This document shows positions 12,164 to 20,316 of a stretch of 64,000 bases of DNA, in pieces. Source of the DNA: Phycisphaerales bacterium (GTDB lineage: Bacteria; Planctomycetota; Phycisphaerae; Phycisphaerales; UBA1924); NCBI GenBank assembly GCA_013360695.1, contig JABWBC010000001.1, positions 7,684 to 71,683 on the forward strand, given 5' to 3'. A program made the position numbers and the translations under genes. The notes below the pieces were generated by a model that searched no databases, had not been told where the DNA came from, and was given only the letters and a program-made list of their open reading frames with translations. The stretch's first letter is position 1, and the number at the start of each line of letters is the position of its first letter.

Positions 12164-12706
12164 TCAGGCCGCCTTGGAATTGGCGTCGGGCGACGCGCCG
12201 GCCGCCTTGGCGCGGGCGAGGCGTTCCTGGCGGAGCATCCACAGGGTGTGGAGTACGCGTGAGACGAGGATCGCAGCCGTGAAGCAAACCGCGGTTGCGG
12301 CGGCGGCGTTCACGTTGAGCTGGAGGAGCAGGTTCTGCCCTCCCAGCGCGATGACGTAAAAGAGCGGCGAGAGGCACGCCCGCTCGAACTGAACGATCGA
12401 CGCGTCCTTCAGAAACTGCGGCTTGGAGGCGTCGGCGAGCTTCTCGCTTCGCCACGGCGAGTGGTTGGCCAGCCAGTGCAGCCCGTAGTAGATGACGACG
12501 TCGAAGAAAATATCGACGATGAACGTCATGCCGTTGATGAAGAGCTTCTGGCCCTGCGACATGTCCTCGGGCTCGGGCATGTGCGTCAGCGTCGTGAGCA
12601 GGTGGATGATGCCCACCGTGGGCGCCAGGGCGAGGAAGCCCGCGGCGGCCACGTTGATGTTGACGTTCACGATGCGGCGCTGGTAGAGGCGCCAGAGGAA
12701 TTGCAT
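12164..12706 (-). CDS. Integral membrane protein, unknown function
   Basis: Trimmed to ATG 12706 (MQFLWRLYQRR...). About four hydrophobic helices and a basic, Ala-rich C-terminal tail. I recognised no family. Confidence 0.5.
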   Translation of the reverse strand: MQFLWRLYQRRIVNVNINVAAAGFLALAPTVGIIHLLTTLTHMPEPEDMSQGQKLFINGMTFIVDIFFDVVIYYGLHWLANHSPWRSEKLADASKPQFLKDASIVQFERACLSPLFYVIALGGQNLLLQLNVNAAAATAVCFTAAILVSRVLHTLWMLRQERLARAKAAGASPDANSKAA

Positions 12707-12755
12707 GCGATGAACTCTACGCCGGGTGAGCGCCGGGGTTCGGACCCCGGCTCGA

Positions 12756-13613
12756 TCAACCTCTTGAACCACAAGATGCGCGGGTCATCAGGCGTCGGGA
12801 CGCGATCTCCACCGCTCGCGGGTTCAGGTCAAACCCGATCGCGTTTCGGCCGAGATGCACCGCGGCCTCGATCGTCGTCCCGCTCCCGCAGCACGGATCG
12901 AGCACCGTGCCGCCCCGGGGTGAAAACGCGGCGACCAGCATCGTCAAGAGTTCCAAGGGCTTCTGAGTCGGATATCCGGTTCGTTCCGCGGCCATGTTGT
13001 TGAGGGACGGGATGTCGAGCACGTCGGTCGCCTTCTTCAGTTGGCCGCGGAGCCTCTGGCTGGTCGCGGGCACCATGGGCGGCTCGAAGAAATACCGATC
13101 GGCGTCGATCGCGTACACGAGGATGTCGTCGTGCTTGCGGGCAAAGCGACGGGGCGACGAGCCGCCGAGGCCGTAGGACCAGATCAGGTGATTGACGAAA
13201 TTGGCCTCGCCCAGCAACTCGTCAAGCAGGAGGCGGATGTGGTGGCACGCGCGATGGTCGCAGTGGATCGCGATGACGCCCGATCGCTTCATGGCGGGGC
13301 GCGTGGCGACGAGCCGCTCGCGCAGCCATGCGATGTAATCGCCCATCGTCGCCCAGCGATCGAGGTACGCCGCTTCACTGTCTCGCCCCTTCGCGGCGGC
13401 GCGCGCGGGAGAGGACTGAGTTCTGCCCGTGTTAAACGGCGGATCGGCGTACAGAAAGTCCACCGAATCAAGCGGAAGATCCGCCGCGGCAGATAGCCAG
13501 TCGCCCTTCACCACATGCCAATCGGCCGCGGACTCCTCTCGAGCGTTCGCGGGGGGCGAGTGCGCCCCAATGAGCATCTGTTTGCGCGATCGTCGCGTGC
13601 GACTCTTGGCCAT
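12756..13613 (-). CDS. Beta-class N6-adenine/N4-cytosine DNA methyltransferase (PF01555-like), solitary
   Basis: Catalytic motif IV, FLYADPPFNTG, lies near the N-terminus. The SAM-binding motif I, VLDPCCGSGTT, lies near the C-terminus (beta-class order), and YPTQKPLELL lies between them. Confidence 0.8.
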   Translation of the reverse strand: MAKSRTRRSRKQMLIGAHSPPANAREESAADWHVVKGDWLSAAADLPLDSVDFLYADPPFNTGRTQSSPARAAAKGRDSEAAYLDRWATMGDYIAWLRERLVATRPAMKRSGVIAIHCDHRACHHIRLLLDELLGEANFVNHLIWSYGLGGSSPRRFARKHDDILVYAIDADRYFFEPPMVPATSQRLRGQLKKATDVLDIPSLNNMAAERTGYPTQKPLELLTMLVAAFSPRGGTVLDPCCGSGTTIEAAVHLGRNAIGFDLNPRAVEIASRRLMTRASCGSRG

Positions 13614-13627
13614 GCGTCATCCGCCGA

Positions 13628-14971
13628 TCAGGCCTTCACCGGCGCACGACCGACCGAGTAGTAGTTGAATTTGAGGTCGGCCATCATCTGGCGCCGGTAC
13701 AGGTTCCGCCCGTCGAAGAGCGTTGGCTCGCGCAGGCGCTTCCGCACTTCCGCAAAGTCCGGGCTCTTGAAATCATCCCAGTCGGTGCACACGATCAGCG
13801 CATCCGCGCCATCGAGCGAGGCGTACATGTTCGTCGCGAGCACGAGACCCGCGCCGACCTCGGCCGCCGCGTTCGGGCCCGCCACGGGGTCATAGCCGAC
13901 CACCGTCGCACCCGCCTGAAGAGCCGCACGCACGAGCGTGAGCGCCGGAGCTTCTCGAATGTCGTCGGTTCGCGGCTTGAACGCGAGACCCCAGAACGCC
14001 AGTTTCTTGCCCGCAAGCCCACCGCGTGGCTTGAAATGGTCCGCAATCTTCGCGAAGAAGCGGCCGCGCTGATTCTGGTTCACCTCATGCACGGCCCGCG
14101 ACAAGAGCATCGGATGCCCGGTGCTGTCGCCCATCATCATGCACGCCAGCGTGTCCTTCGGGAAGCACGACCCACCGTAGCCAAGCCCGGGGTAGAGGAA
14201 CTCGTGCCCGATGCGGCGGTCGGCGATCATGCCCTCGCGCACTTTGCCGATGTCGGCGCCGTACACCTCGCACAGCATCGCCATCTCATTGATGAACGAG
14301 ATCTTGGTCGCCAGGAAGTTGTTGCTGGCGTATTTCACCATCTCGGACGAGAGGATGTCCATAACGATGATGGGGTGCCCGTTGCGGACAAAGGGGTCGT
14401 AGAGGTCCCGGAAGCGCTGGGCCGCGTCGTCGTCTTCCACGCCGCAGACCACGCGATCGGGCTTGAGGAAGTCGTTGACCGCATCACCCTCTTTGAGGAA
14501 TTCGGGGTTGTTGGCGACGCTGAACGGAACCACTCCTCCCGTGCCCTCGATGATCCGCTTCTTGACCGAGAGCGTTGTGCCGACCGGCACCGTGGACTTC
14601 ACAACCACGGTCTTCTTCACCGCGTCCGGGTCGAGCGACTTCATCACCCTGGCGATGTCGTCCGCGGCTTGGTGGACGTACTTCAGGTCCGCGTGCCCGC
14701 GTTCATCGCTGGGAGTGCCGACGCAGATGAAGACCATCTCCGCGTCGCGATAGGCCTCGTTCTTGTCGAGCGTGAACGCAAGCCGACCCGAGGCGATGTT
14801 CCGCTGCAGGAGCTCGGTGAGGCCCGGCTCATAGATCGGGCATTCGCCCGCACGCAACCGCTTGATCTTCTCGGGGTCGATGTCAAGGCACAGGACGTGG
14901 TTGCCCGTGTTCGCCAGGCACACACCCGTCACCAGGCCGACATACCCCGTCCCCACCATCGTCAGTTTCAT
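13628..14971 (-). CDS. ugd: UDP-glucose 6-dehydrogenase
   Basis: Trimmed to ATG 14971. MKLTMVGTGYVGLVTG (NAD-binding), CVGTP, NPEFLKEG, and GGSCFPKD (catalytic Cys). Confidence 0.9.
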   Translation of the reverse strand: MKLTMVGTGYVGLVTGVCLANTGNHVLCLDIDPEKIKRLRAGECPIYEPGLTELLQRNIASGRLAFTLDKNEAYRDAEMVFICVGTPSDERGHADLKYVHQAADDIARVMKSLDPDAVKKTVVVKSTVPVGTTLSVKKRIIEGTGGVVPFSVANNPEFLKEGDAVNDFLKPDRVVCGVEDDDAAQRFRDLYDPFVRNGHPIIVMDILSSEMVKYASNNFLATKISFINEMAMLCEVYGADIGKVREGMIADRRIGHEFLYPGLGYGGSCFPKDTLACMMMGDSTGHPMLLSRAVHEVNQNQRGRFFAKIADHFKPRGGLAGKKLAFWGLAFKPRTDDIREAPALTLVRAALQAGATVVGYDPVAGPNAAAEVGAGLVLATNMYASLDGADALIVCTDWDDFKSPDFAEVRKRLREPTLFDGRNLYRRQMMADLKFNYYSVGRAPVKA

Positions 14972-15065
14972 GCAGGGAAGCCCCTTTGGCGGGCGACGAG
15001 CCCGGCCATTTCGACCCAGACCCATCCAGCATAGCCCCCGCTGATTCGGCTATCCTCTTCGCCCC

Positions 15066-15926
15066 ATGCCAGCCAAACAGACCAAAGGCAACGTCAAGAA
15101 GTCCCGCCCCGCACCCGCACGCCGTCGCGCGACCATCGCGTCGCGCTCGGATCGGCACGACCTGTACCAGCGCGCGGTGCAGGACGTGAAGGCCGAGATT
15201 GATTTCATCGACAAGTGGTTCAAGCGGATCACCGGGCGGCTCCCCGCCCGCCTCCGCGAGGACTTCTGTGGCACGGGCAACACCTCGTGCGAGTTCGCGC
15301 GGCGTCGCCCCGGCAATTCCGCGGTTGGCTTCGACATCGACCAGCCCACCCTCGACTGGGGCGTGCAGCACAACCTGCCGAAAATGCCCGAGGCGGCACA
15401 GAAGCGGGTCAAGCTCGTGAACTGCAACGTGCTCACGCCCGTGGCCGCCGGCCGCCGGGCGGACGTCGTGCTCGCGTGCAATTTCAGCTACTGGATCTTT
15501 AAGGAACGCGATCTCATGGTCCGTTATTTCCGCGAGGTGCATCGCTCGCTGGTGAAAGACGGCGTGATGTTCCTCGACGCCTGCGGCGGATGGGAGACCC
15601 TCAAGGCCCACCGCGAGTCGCGCCCGGAGCGCGGCTTCACCTATACCTGGCAGCAGGCCTCGTTCAACCCCATCACCCACGAGTGCCAGTGCTACATCCA
15701 CTTCAAGTTCAAGGACGGCTCGTCGATGCCCCGCGCCTTCTCGTACAACTGGCGAATTTACAGCCTCCCCGAAATCCGCGAGATGCTCCTCGAGGCCGGC
15801 TTCCGCCACGTCACGATCTACTGGGAAGGCGACGACGGCCAGGGTGGCGGCAACGGCATCTTCCTGCCCGCGACGACCGGCGAAGACTGCCCGAGCTTCA
15901 TCGTCTGGATTTCCGCGGAGAAGTAG
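15066..15926 (+). CDS. Class I SAM-dependent methyltransferase with a basic N-terminal tail
   Basis: LREDFCGTGNTS (motif I, ExGxGxG-like), VGFDID, and VLACNFSYW (post-I/II). The substrate is unknown. Confidence 0.6.
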   Translation: MPAKQTKGNVKKSRPAPARRRATIASRSDRHDLYQRAVQDVKAEIDFIDKWFKRITGRLPARLREDFCGTGNTSCEFARRRPGNSAVGFDIDQPTLDWGVQHNLPKMPEAAQKRVKLVNCNVLTPVAAGRRADVVLACNFSYWIFKERDLMVRYFREVHRSLVKDGVMFLDACGGWETLKAHRESRPERGFTYTWQQASFNPITHECQCYIHFKFKDGSSMPRAFSYNWRIYSLPEIREMLLEAGFRHVTIYWEGDDGQGGGNGIFLPATTGEDCPSFIVWISAEK

Positions 15927-15954
15927 CTGGTCGCCCTCGCCTACCCTTTCCGCG

Positions 15955-16980
15955 ATGCGAGGCGTGCTTGAAATCCCGGAGAATCTGCTCCCGCTCCAGG
16001 CGGCGCTCGCGCAGGGGCTCGAACGGGTGCAGGCCAGATTCGACGGCCACCTGGAGTCGGATCTGCCGCCGGTCGCGCGACTCTGCCGCCACGTCGAGCG
16101 CTACCGGGGCAAGATGCTGCGCCCGTCGCTGACGCTGCTGTGCGGCCTCGCGGCCAGCACCCGAGCCGCCGATTTCGACGCCGCATTCACCGAGAATCAG
16201 ATCTCCGTCGCCGCGGTATGCGAGATGGTCCACATGGCGACGCTCGTCCACGACGACGTCCTCGACGAGGCCGACACGCGGCGCAGCGGGCAAACCGTCA
16301 ACCGATTGCATGGCAATGAAACGGCGGTCATGCTGGGTGACATGCTCATCGCGTCGGCGTTCCGCTTGTGCGCCACGATCGACGCCCCCACCGCCCTGGC
16401 CGTCGGACGAGCGAGCGTGGAGTTGTGCGAGGGCGAGCTACTCCAGCTCCATCACCGTGATTCGTGGTCGATCGACGAGCCCACGTATTTCGAGATCATC
16501 AACCGCAAGACGGCGGCGCTAATCGCGGTCGCCTGCGAACTCGGGGCGATCCACGCCGGCGCGAGCCGGCCACTCGCCGCGTCACTCGCGGCGTTCGGAC
16601 GCCACCTGGGCGTTGCGTTCCAGATCCAGGACGACCTGCTCGACCTTTTCGGCGAGCGATCCATGCTCGGCAAGCCCGTTCACAAGGATCTTGAGAAGGG
16701 CAAGCCGACGCTTCCGGTCATTCACCACCTAGCGGCCGCGTCGGCGCACGATCGCTCGCGGATGCTGGACCTGCTGGACCACGCCGCGATCGAGATGACG
16801 CACGACCTCGCACATCGGATCGCGGTTGCCCTGGAATCCACCGGCTCGATCGAGCACGCTCGCAGCACAGCCAAGGCCATGGTCTCCAGGGCCATCGTGG
16901 AGCTTGCCGGGATCCCGGAATCGCCGGCCCGCTCCCTTCTCCAGGTCATGGCCGACGCGGTGGTCAGCCGCGTGCGCTGA
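15955..16980 (+). CDS. Long-chain polyprenyl diphosphate synthase (IspB/HepT-like)
   Basis: Trimmed from ORF 15844..16980 to ATG 15955. First DDxxD: LVHDDVLDEAD. Second DDxxD: FQIQDDLLD. Also contains KMLRP and GKPVHKDLEKGKPTLP. Confidence 0.85.
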   Translation: MRGVLEIPENLLPLQAALAQGLERVQARFDGHLESDLPPVARLCRHVERYRGKMLRPSLTLLCGLAASTRAADFDAAFTENQISVAAVCEMVHMATLVHDDVLDEADTRRSGQTVNRLHGNETAVMLGDMLIASAFRLCATIDAPTALAVGRASVELCEGELLQLHHRDSWSIDEPTYFEIINRKTAALIAVACELGAIHAGASRPLAASLAAFGRHLGVAFQIQDDLLDLFGERSMLGKPVHKDLEKGKPTLPVIHHLAAASAHDRSRMLDLLDHAAIEMTHDLAHRIAVALESTGSIEHARSTAKAMVSRAIVELAGIPESPARSLLQVMADAVVSRVR

Positions 16981-16982
16981 AT

Positions 16983-16993
16983 CCCCCCCCCCC
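16983..16993. repeat. C11 homopolymer tract
   Basis: Eleven consecutive C residues begin 3 nt after the polyprenyl synthase stop codon. Confidence 0.9.
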
Positions 16994-17007
16994 GTATCCA
17001 TGGCGAT

Positions 17008-17036
17008 GAAAAACGCCCCGGGGCGTCCGGGGCGTT
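17008..17036 (-). terminator. Rho-independent terminator for the minus-strand gene 17073..18092
   Basis: AACGCCCCGG / CCGGGGCGTT hairpin. On the minus strand it is followed by TTTTTC. It may also stop the convergent plus-strand transcript. Confidence 0.65.
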
Positions 17037-17072
17037 CACAGAGGAGTGGACATCAAACGGGAACGATCGGGA

Positions 17073-18092
17073 TTATTCGAACGCCTCCGCGAAGGCGTCG
17101 TAGTCATCGCCGTTCACGAAACAGTCGCCGTTGTAGTCGGCCAGGGGGTTGGCCTGGTCGAAGTACGAGGCAAAGAGGTCGTAGTCATCGCCGTTCACGA
17201 AGCCATCGTTGTTGAAATCGGCGCCGTTGGAGACAACGACCACGAGGTCGAGCTTGGCGGTGTTGCCGTTGGCGAGCGGGGATTCACGGGTGTAGTACGC
17301 GGAATAGGCACCGCTGCCACCATCCGGGCCGCCCTGGGCCGGGAAGAGCGAGGAAACCATGAGGCGGACCTGTCCGTCGGCGAGGTTCTTGCGGAGGTAG
17401 GCCTGGGCGGTGGGCTCGCAGACGTTAAGATCAAAGACGACCTTGGTGCCAACCGGAACCCACGCGCCCGGGGCGAGGTTGGCGATGGTGCCGGTGGCGA
17501 TGGGAGTCACGTCGAAGCGCTGCCGGACCTGGCGCGACACGTCGGTCGCGACGCCGTTGGCATCGAAGATCGCGCTGAAGCAGTTTCGGGCGCCCTCCGA
17601 CGGCGGAACGATGGGCGCGCCGCCGAAGACCGAGGTCTCCTGGAACGACTGTGCCGTCCAGCCGTTGCGGTAGCCCACGCCGAAGACCTCGACGGGCTTG
17701 CCGGCGTCGGCATCCGCCAGATACAAGGGGTCGGCGTGCTGGAGAACGGTGCGGAACGAGTCGAAGGTGGGGTCGTACTGGAACTGGTTGTCCACGGCGA
17801 CCGTCAGCGTGAGTTTGGCGCTCACGACGCGATAGCGGGTGATTGGCAGGCCCGCCGGAACCTCGGCCGAAGTGGTAAAGCCGAACAGGCCTTGGCCGTC
17901 ACGATCGTCGAACCCGGGGATTTCGATGGCTCCAAAGATCGGAATCGCGAATTCCTTGCCCGGCTGTCCGCCGAAGGGATACATCCAGCGGTCCAGGGTG
18001 GGAACCGGGTAGGAGGCGGCAATAGGCTGCGCCACCGCCCCAGAAGCCACACAAAGACCGAACGCAGTCGCCGCAAATGTCTTCGCCTTCAT
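17073..18092 (-). CDS. Secreted protein with a C-terminal twin dockerin-like (EF-hand-type) module
   Basis: Trimmed to ATG 18092 (MKAKTFAATAFGLCVASGAVAQP signal peptide). The C-terminus is DFNNDGFVNGDDYDLFASYFD-QANPLA-DYNGDCFVNGDDYDAFAEAFE. I did not recognise the ~270-aa body. Confidence 0.7.
   Translation of the reverse strand: MKAKTFAATAFGLCVASGAVAQPIAASYPVPTLDRWMYPFGGQPGKEFAIPIFGAIEIPGFDDRDGQGLFGFTTSAEVPAGLPITRYRVVSAKLTLTVAVDNQFQYDPTFDSFRTVLQHADPLYLADADAGKPVEVFGVGYRNGWTAQSFQETSVFGGAPIVPPSEGARNCFSAIFDANGVATDVSRQVRQRFDVTPIATGTIANLAPGAWVPVGTKVVFDLNVCEPTAQAYLRKNLADGQVRLMVSSLFPAQGGPDGGSGAYSAYYTRESPLANGNTAKLDLVVVVSNGADFNNDGFVNGDDYDLFASYFDQANPLADYNGDCFVNGDDYDAFAEAFE
17076..17219 (-). repeat. 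Twin 21-codon dockerin-like repeat, copy set 1
   Basis: Two 21-codon units separated by a 6-codon linker at the extreme C-terminus. The layout matches 28096..28239. Confidence 0.8.
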
Positions 18093-18295
18093 GTTTTCTC
18101 TCCAAACATGCCCAAGTCGTTGGGCGAGGCTCCCGAAACTCAGAGACTTCGTGCTGAACTCTTCAAGACACAAATCTCCAAATTCGAGTTTACAACACGA
18201 ATGTAGTCGGGTAAAGTTGATTTGTCGATCCACGCCTCAAGAATTATCTGAAAGTGGGCGTTTAGGGGACACGATTTACAGAAGGAGGAAGTTCG

Positions 18296-19162
18296 ATGAG
18301 GCTTCCGAATAACCGTCAAGCGTTCACGTTGATCGAGCTCCTGGTCGTCATCGCGATCATCGCCATCCTGATCGCGATTCTGCTCCCGGCGCTCTCTTCG
18401 GCGCGTGCTTATGGCAAGCAGTGCCGAGAACTCGCGGGGGCGCAACATCTGCTCATGGCATACACCCTGTACGCCGACGCCAACAACGGCAAGGTGCTGC
18501 CGGGCTACGCCGCCAAGAAGTGGGTGAACGGCCCGATGAAGGTCGTCGACCACGAGGGCGAGCGCATCCAGAATGAAGAAGCCATGCGCTATCCATGGCG
18601 CATCGCGCCCTACTTCAACTACGACTTCCGCGGCCTGTACAAGGACGACAAGCTTTTGGCCCAGATGATCGGCCGCCCCGACTACCGCTACGTCATCAGC
18701 CTGTACCCATCGGTGGGCGTCAACGCCACGTTTGTGGGCGGCAACGACAAGTCGGGAGCGTTCGACAAGGCGTTCGTTTCCATGTACGGTCGGGTGTACG
18801 TCGACCGTCTCGACGAGGTCATTCGTCCGACCAAGCTGATGGCCTTTGTGTCGGCCCACGATCGCGAGTACCCCGCCGCGCCGGAGTTTGGGCGCCCCGA
18901 GGGATACTGCCGCGTCGAGCCGCCGATCTTCACCGAGGCCAACGGGCGTATGTGGGAGGACGCGTACAACGAGAACGCGGATTCTCCCGGCCTGAACTCC
19001 GGGTTCGTGTCGCTTCGTCACCGCGGCAAGGCCGTCGCCACGATGATCGACGGGCACGGGCAGATCATGAACTGGGAGCAGCTCAATGACATGCGCCACT
19101 GGGCCGACAAGGCCGATCGCACGGACTGGGGCGTCAAGCCCCACGGCCAGGCGGCGCGCTAG
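18296..19162 (+). CDS. Prepilin-type N-terminal cleavage/methylation domain protein, H-X9-DG family (DUF1559-like)
   Basis: GGAGGA RBS 7 nt upstream. [28 protein letters not shown] is the type IV pilin-like leader. Near the C-terminus, LRH-RGKAVATMI-DGH is an exact H-X9-DG. Confidence 0.8.
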   Translation: MRLPNNRQAFTLIELLVVIAIIAILIAILLPALSSARAYGKQCRELAGAQHLLMAYTLYADANNGKVLPGYAAKKWVNGPMKVVDHEGERIQNEEAMRYPWRIAPYFNYDFRGLYKDDKLLAQMIGRPDYRYVISLYPSVGVNATFVGGNDKSGAFDKAFVSMYGRVYVDRLDEVIRPTKLMAFVSAHDREYPAAPEFGRPEGYCRVEPPIFTEANGRMWEDAYNENADSPGLNSGFVSLRHRGKAVATMIDGHGQIMNWEQLNDMRHWADKADRTDWGVKPHGQAAR

Positions 19163-19259
19163 GACCTAGGGACGATGCGCGTCGCGGGAGTCCACCCTCC
19201 TCTCCCGCGACGCCGGACGGATACACGCTGGACAGTGCTGAAAACAGGCCACTTTCAGG

Positions 19260-19312
19260 GCGAGCAGGGCGCGTCGAACTCATCGGCGACGCATCACCCG
19301 GCTCGCTTTTTT
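19260..19312 (+). terminator. Long-stem rho-independent terminator
   Basis: GCGAGCAGGGC-GCGTCG...CGACGC-...CCCGGCTCGC compound hairpin followed by TTTTTT, about 100 nt after the stop at 19162. Confidence 0.6.
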
Positions 19313-19420
19313 CGTGGGCCCAGATTGACGGCTCGCCGGGAGTACCGCATCACCACGATGCACGGTGATCGATCCAGACGGTCGGAGTTGGGCGTGACTC
19401 GGGACGCTCCGCCGCTGGTC

Positions 19421-20065
19421 TCACACGCGTCCATTCAGCACGTCGTCGCCGATCTCGGCCACCGCGTCAAAGGTGCGGCACGCCATGGCGACCAGACGCT
19501 CGATCTCGACTTCCCCGAAAGCCACGCCGCGCATCGATCGCTTGAACTCCTCCCACCGCTCGGGCTGCGCTTGGCCGTAGGGGTCGAGCGACTCGGTGCC
19601 CGCAATTCCCTCGAGTCGATACGCGCGGCGCACCATCTTGGCGATGAACTTCCCGCCGTTGGTCGCGCCCTCGAGGACGTAGAGCGCGCCGAGCAGGTCC
19701 AAGGCTGAACTCGCCTCAGCAAACTTGATGTCGTCGACCATCTTTGCCGTCGCAATACCGGCGGCAACGGCGGAAGCGTCCACGCCAAAGTGCTCGATAT
19801 CGCGCCGGCAGCGAGGCTCGTGGTCGTGGTAATCGCGGAGCACGGCGGCGATCGCGGGCACGGCGCGCGACCGGTTGAGGGCCGCGAACAGCTCGCGATG
19901 CACGATCATCAACTGAGCGGTCAAGGCGGCGTACTGCTCGGGCGGGAGCTTTCCGATCGCCAGCGCGTGCTGGAGCGGGTGACGCTCCGCCAACTTGTGC
20001 TTCTCTATCGTGCGATCACGGAGCGTCTGCATCACATCCACCGCGGCGGCTTGGCTCATCGACAC
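19421..20065 (-). CDS. Heme oxygenase-like protein (biliverdin-producing family)
   Basis: LRDRTIEKHKLAERHP...YAALTAQLMIVHRELFAAL...GALYVLEGATNGG follows the HO helical signature (proximal-His region and the LEGS/GG kink). AAGGAG RBS upstream. Confidence 0.65.
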   Translation of the reverse strand: MSMSQAAAVDVMQTLRDRTIEKHKLAERHPLQHALAIGKLPPEQYAALTAQLMIVHRELFAALNRSRAVPAIAAVLRDYHDHEPRCRRDIEHFGVDASAVAAGIATAKMVDDIKFAEASSALDLLGALYVLEGATNGGKFIAKMVRRAYRLEGIAGTESLDPYGQAQPERWEEFKRSMRGVAFGEVEIERLVAMACRTFDAVAEIGDDVLNGRV

Positions 20066-20072
20066 GTCTCCT

Positions 20073-20243
20073 TCACTTCGCGATCCATAGGCCCGCCAGC
20101 GCGGGCACGACCAACCACAGAAGGCCCTTCACGAAGAAAAACAGAAAGCCGAGCAGCCCGAGCCTGCGAGCCCAGGCCGGGAGCGGACAGCGGGCAACAG
20201 CCTTCCCAGCGACGGCTCCGAATTTGTTGAGACTCAGTCTCAT
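20073..20243 (-). CDS. Possible 56-aa single-pass membrane protein
   Basis: Trimmed from ORF 20073..20378 to ATG 20243: MRLSLNKFGAVAGKAVARCPLPAWARRLGLLGFLFFFVKGLLWLVVPALAGLWIAK. Third positions are G/C-biased (~3/4 by hand count). Its stop lies 7 nt before the heme oxygenase start. No homology support. Confidence 0.35.
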   Translation of the reverse strand: MRLSLNKFGAVAGKAVARCPLPAWARRLGLLGFLFFFVKGLLWLVVPALAGLWIAK

Positions 20244-20316
20244 TTGTGTCAAAGCGTACAAGCTGACTTCTCGGTCGTCAAGGCGCGCCCGCAAATAGCC
20301 GCTACCGTCAGGACCT

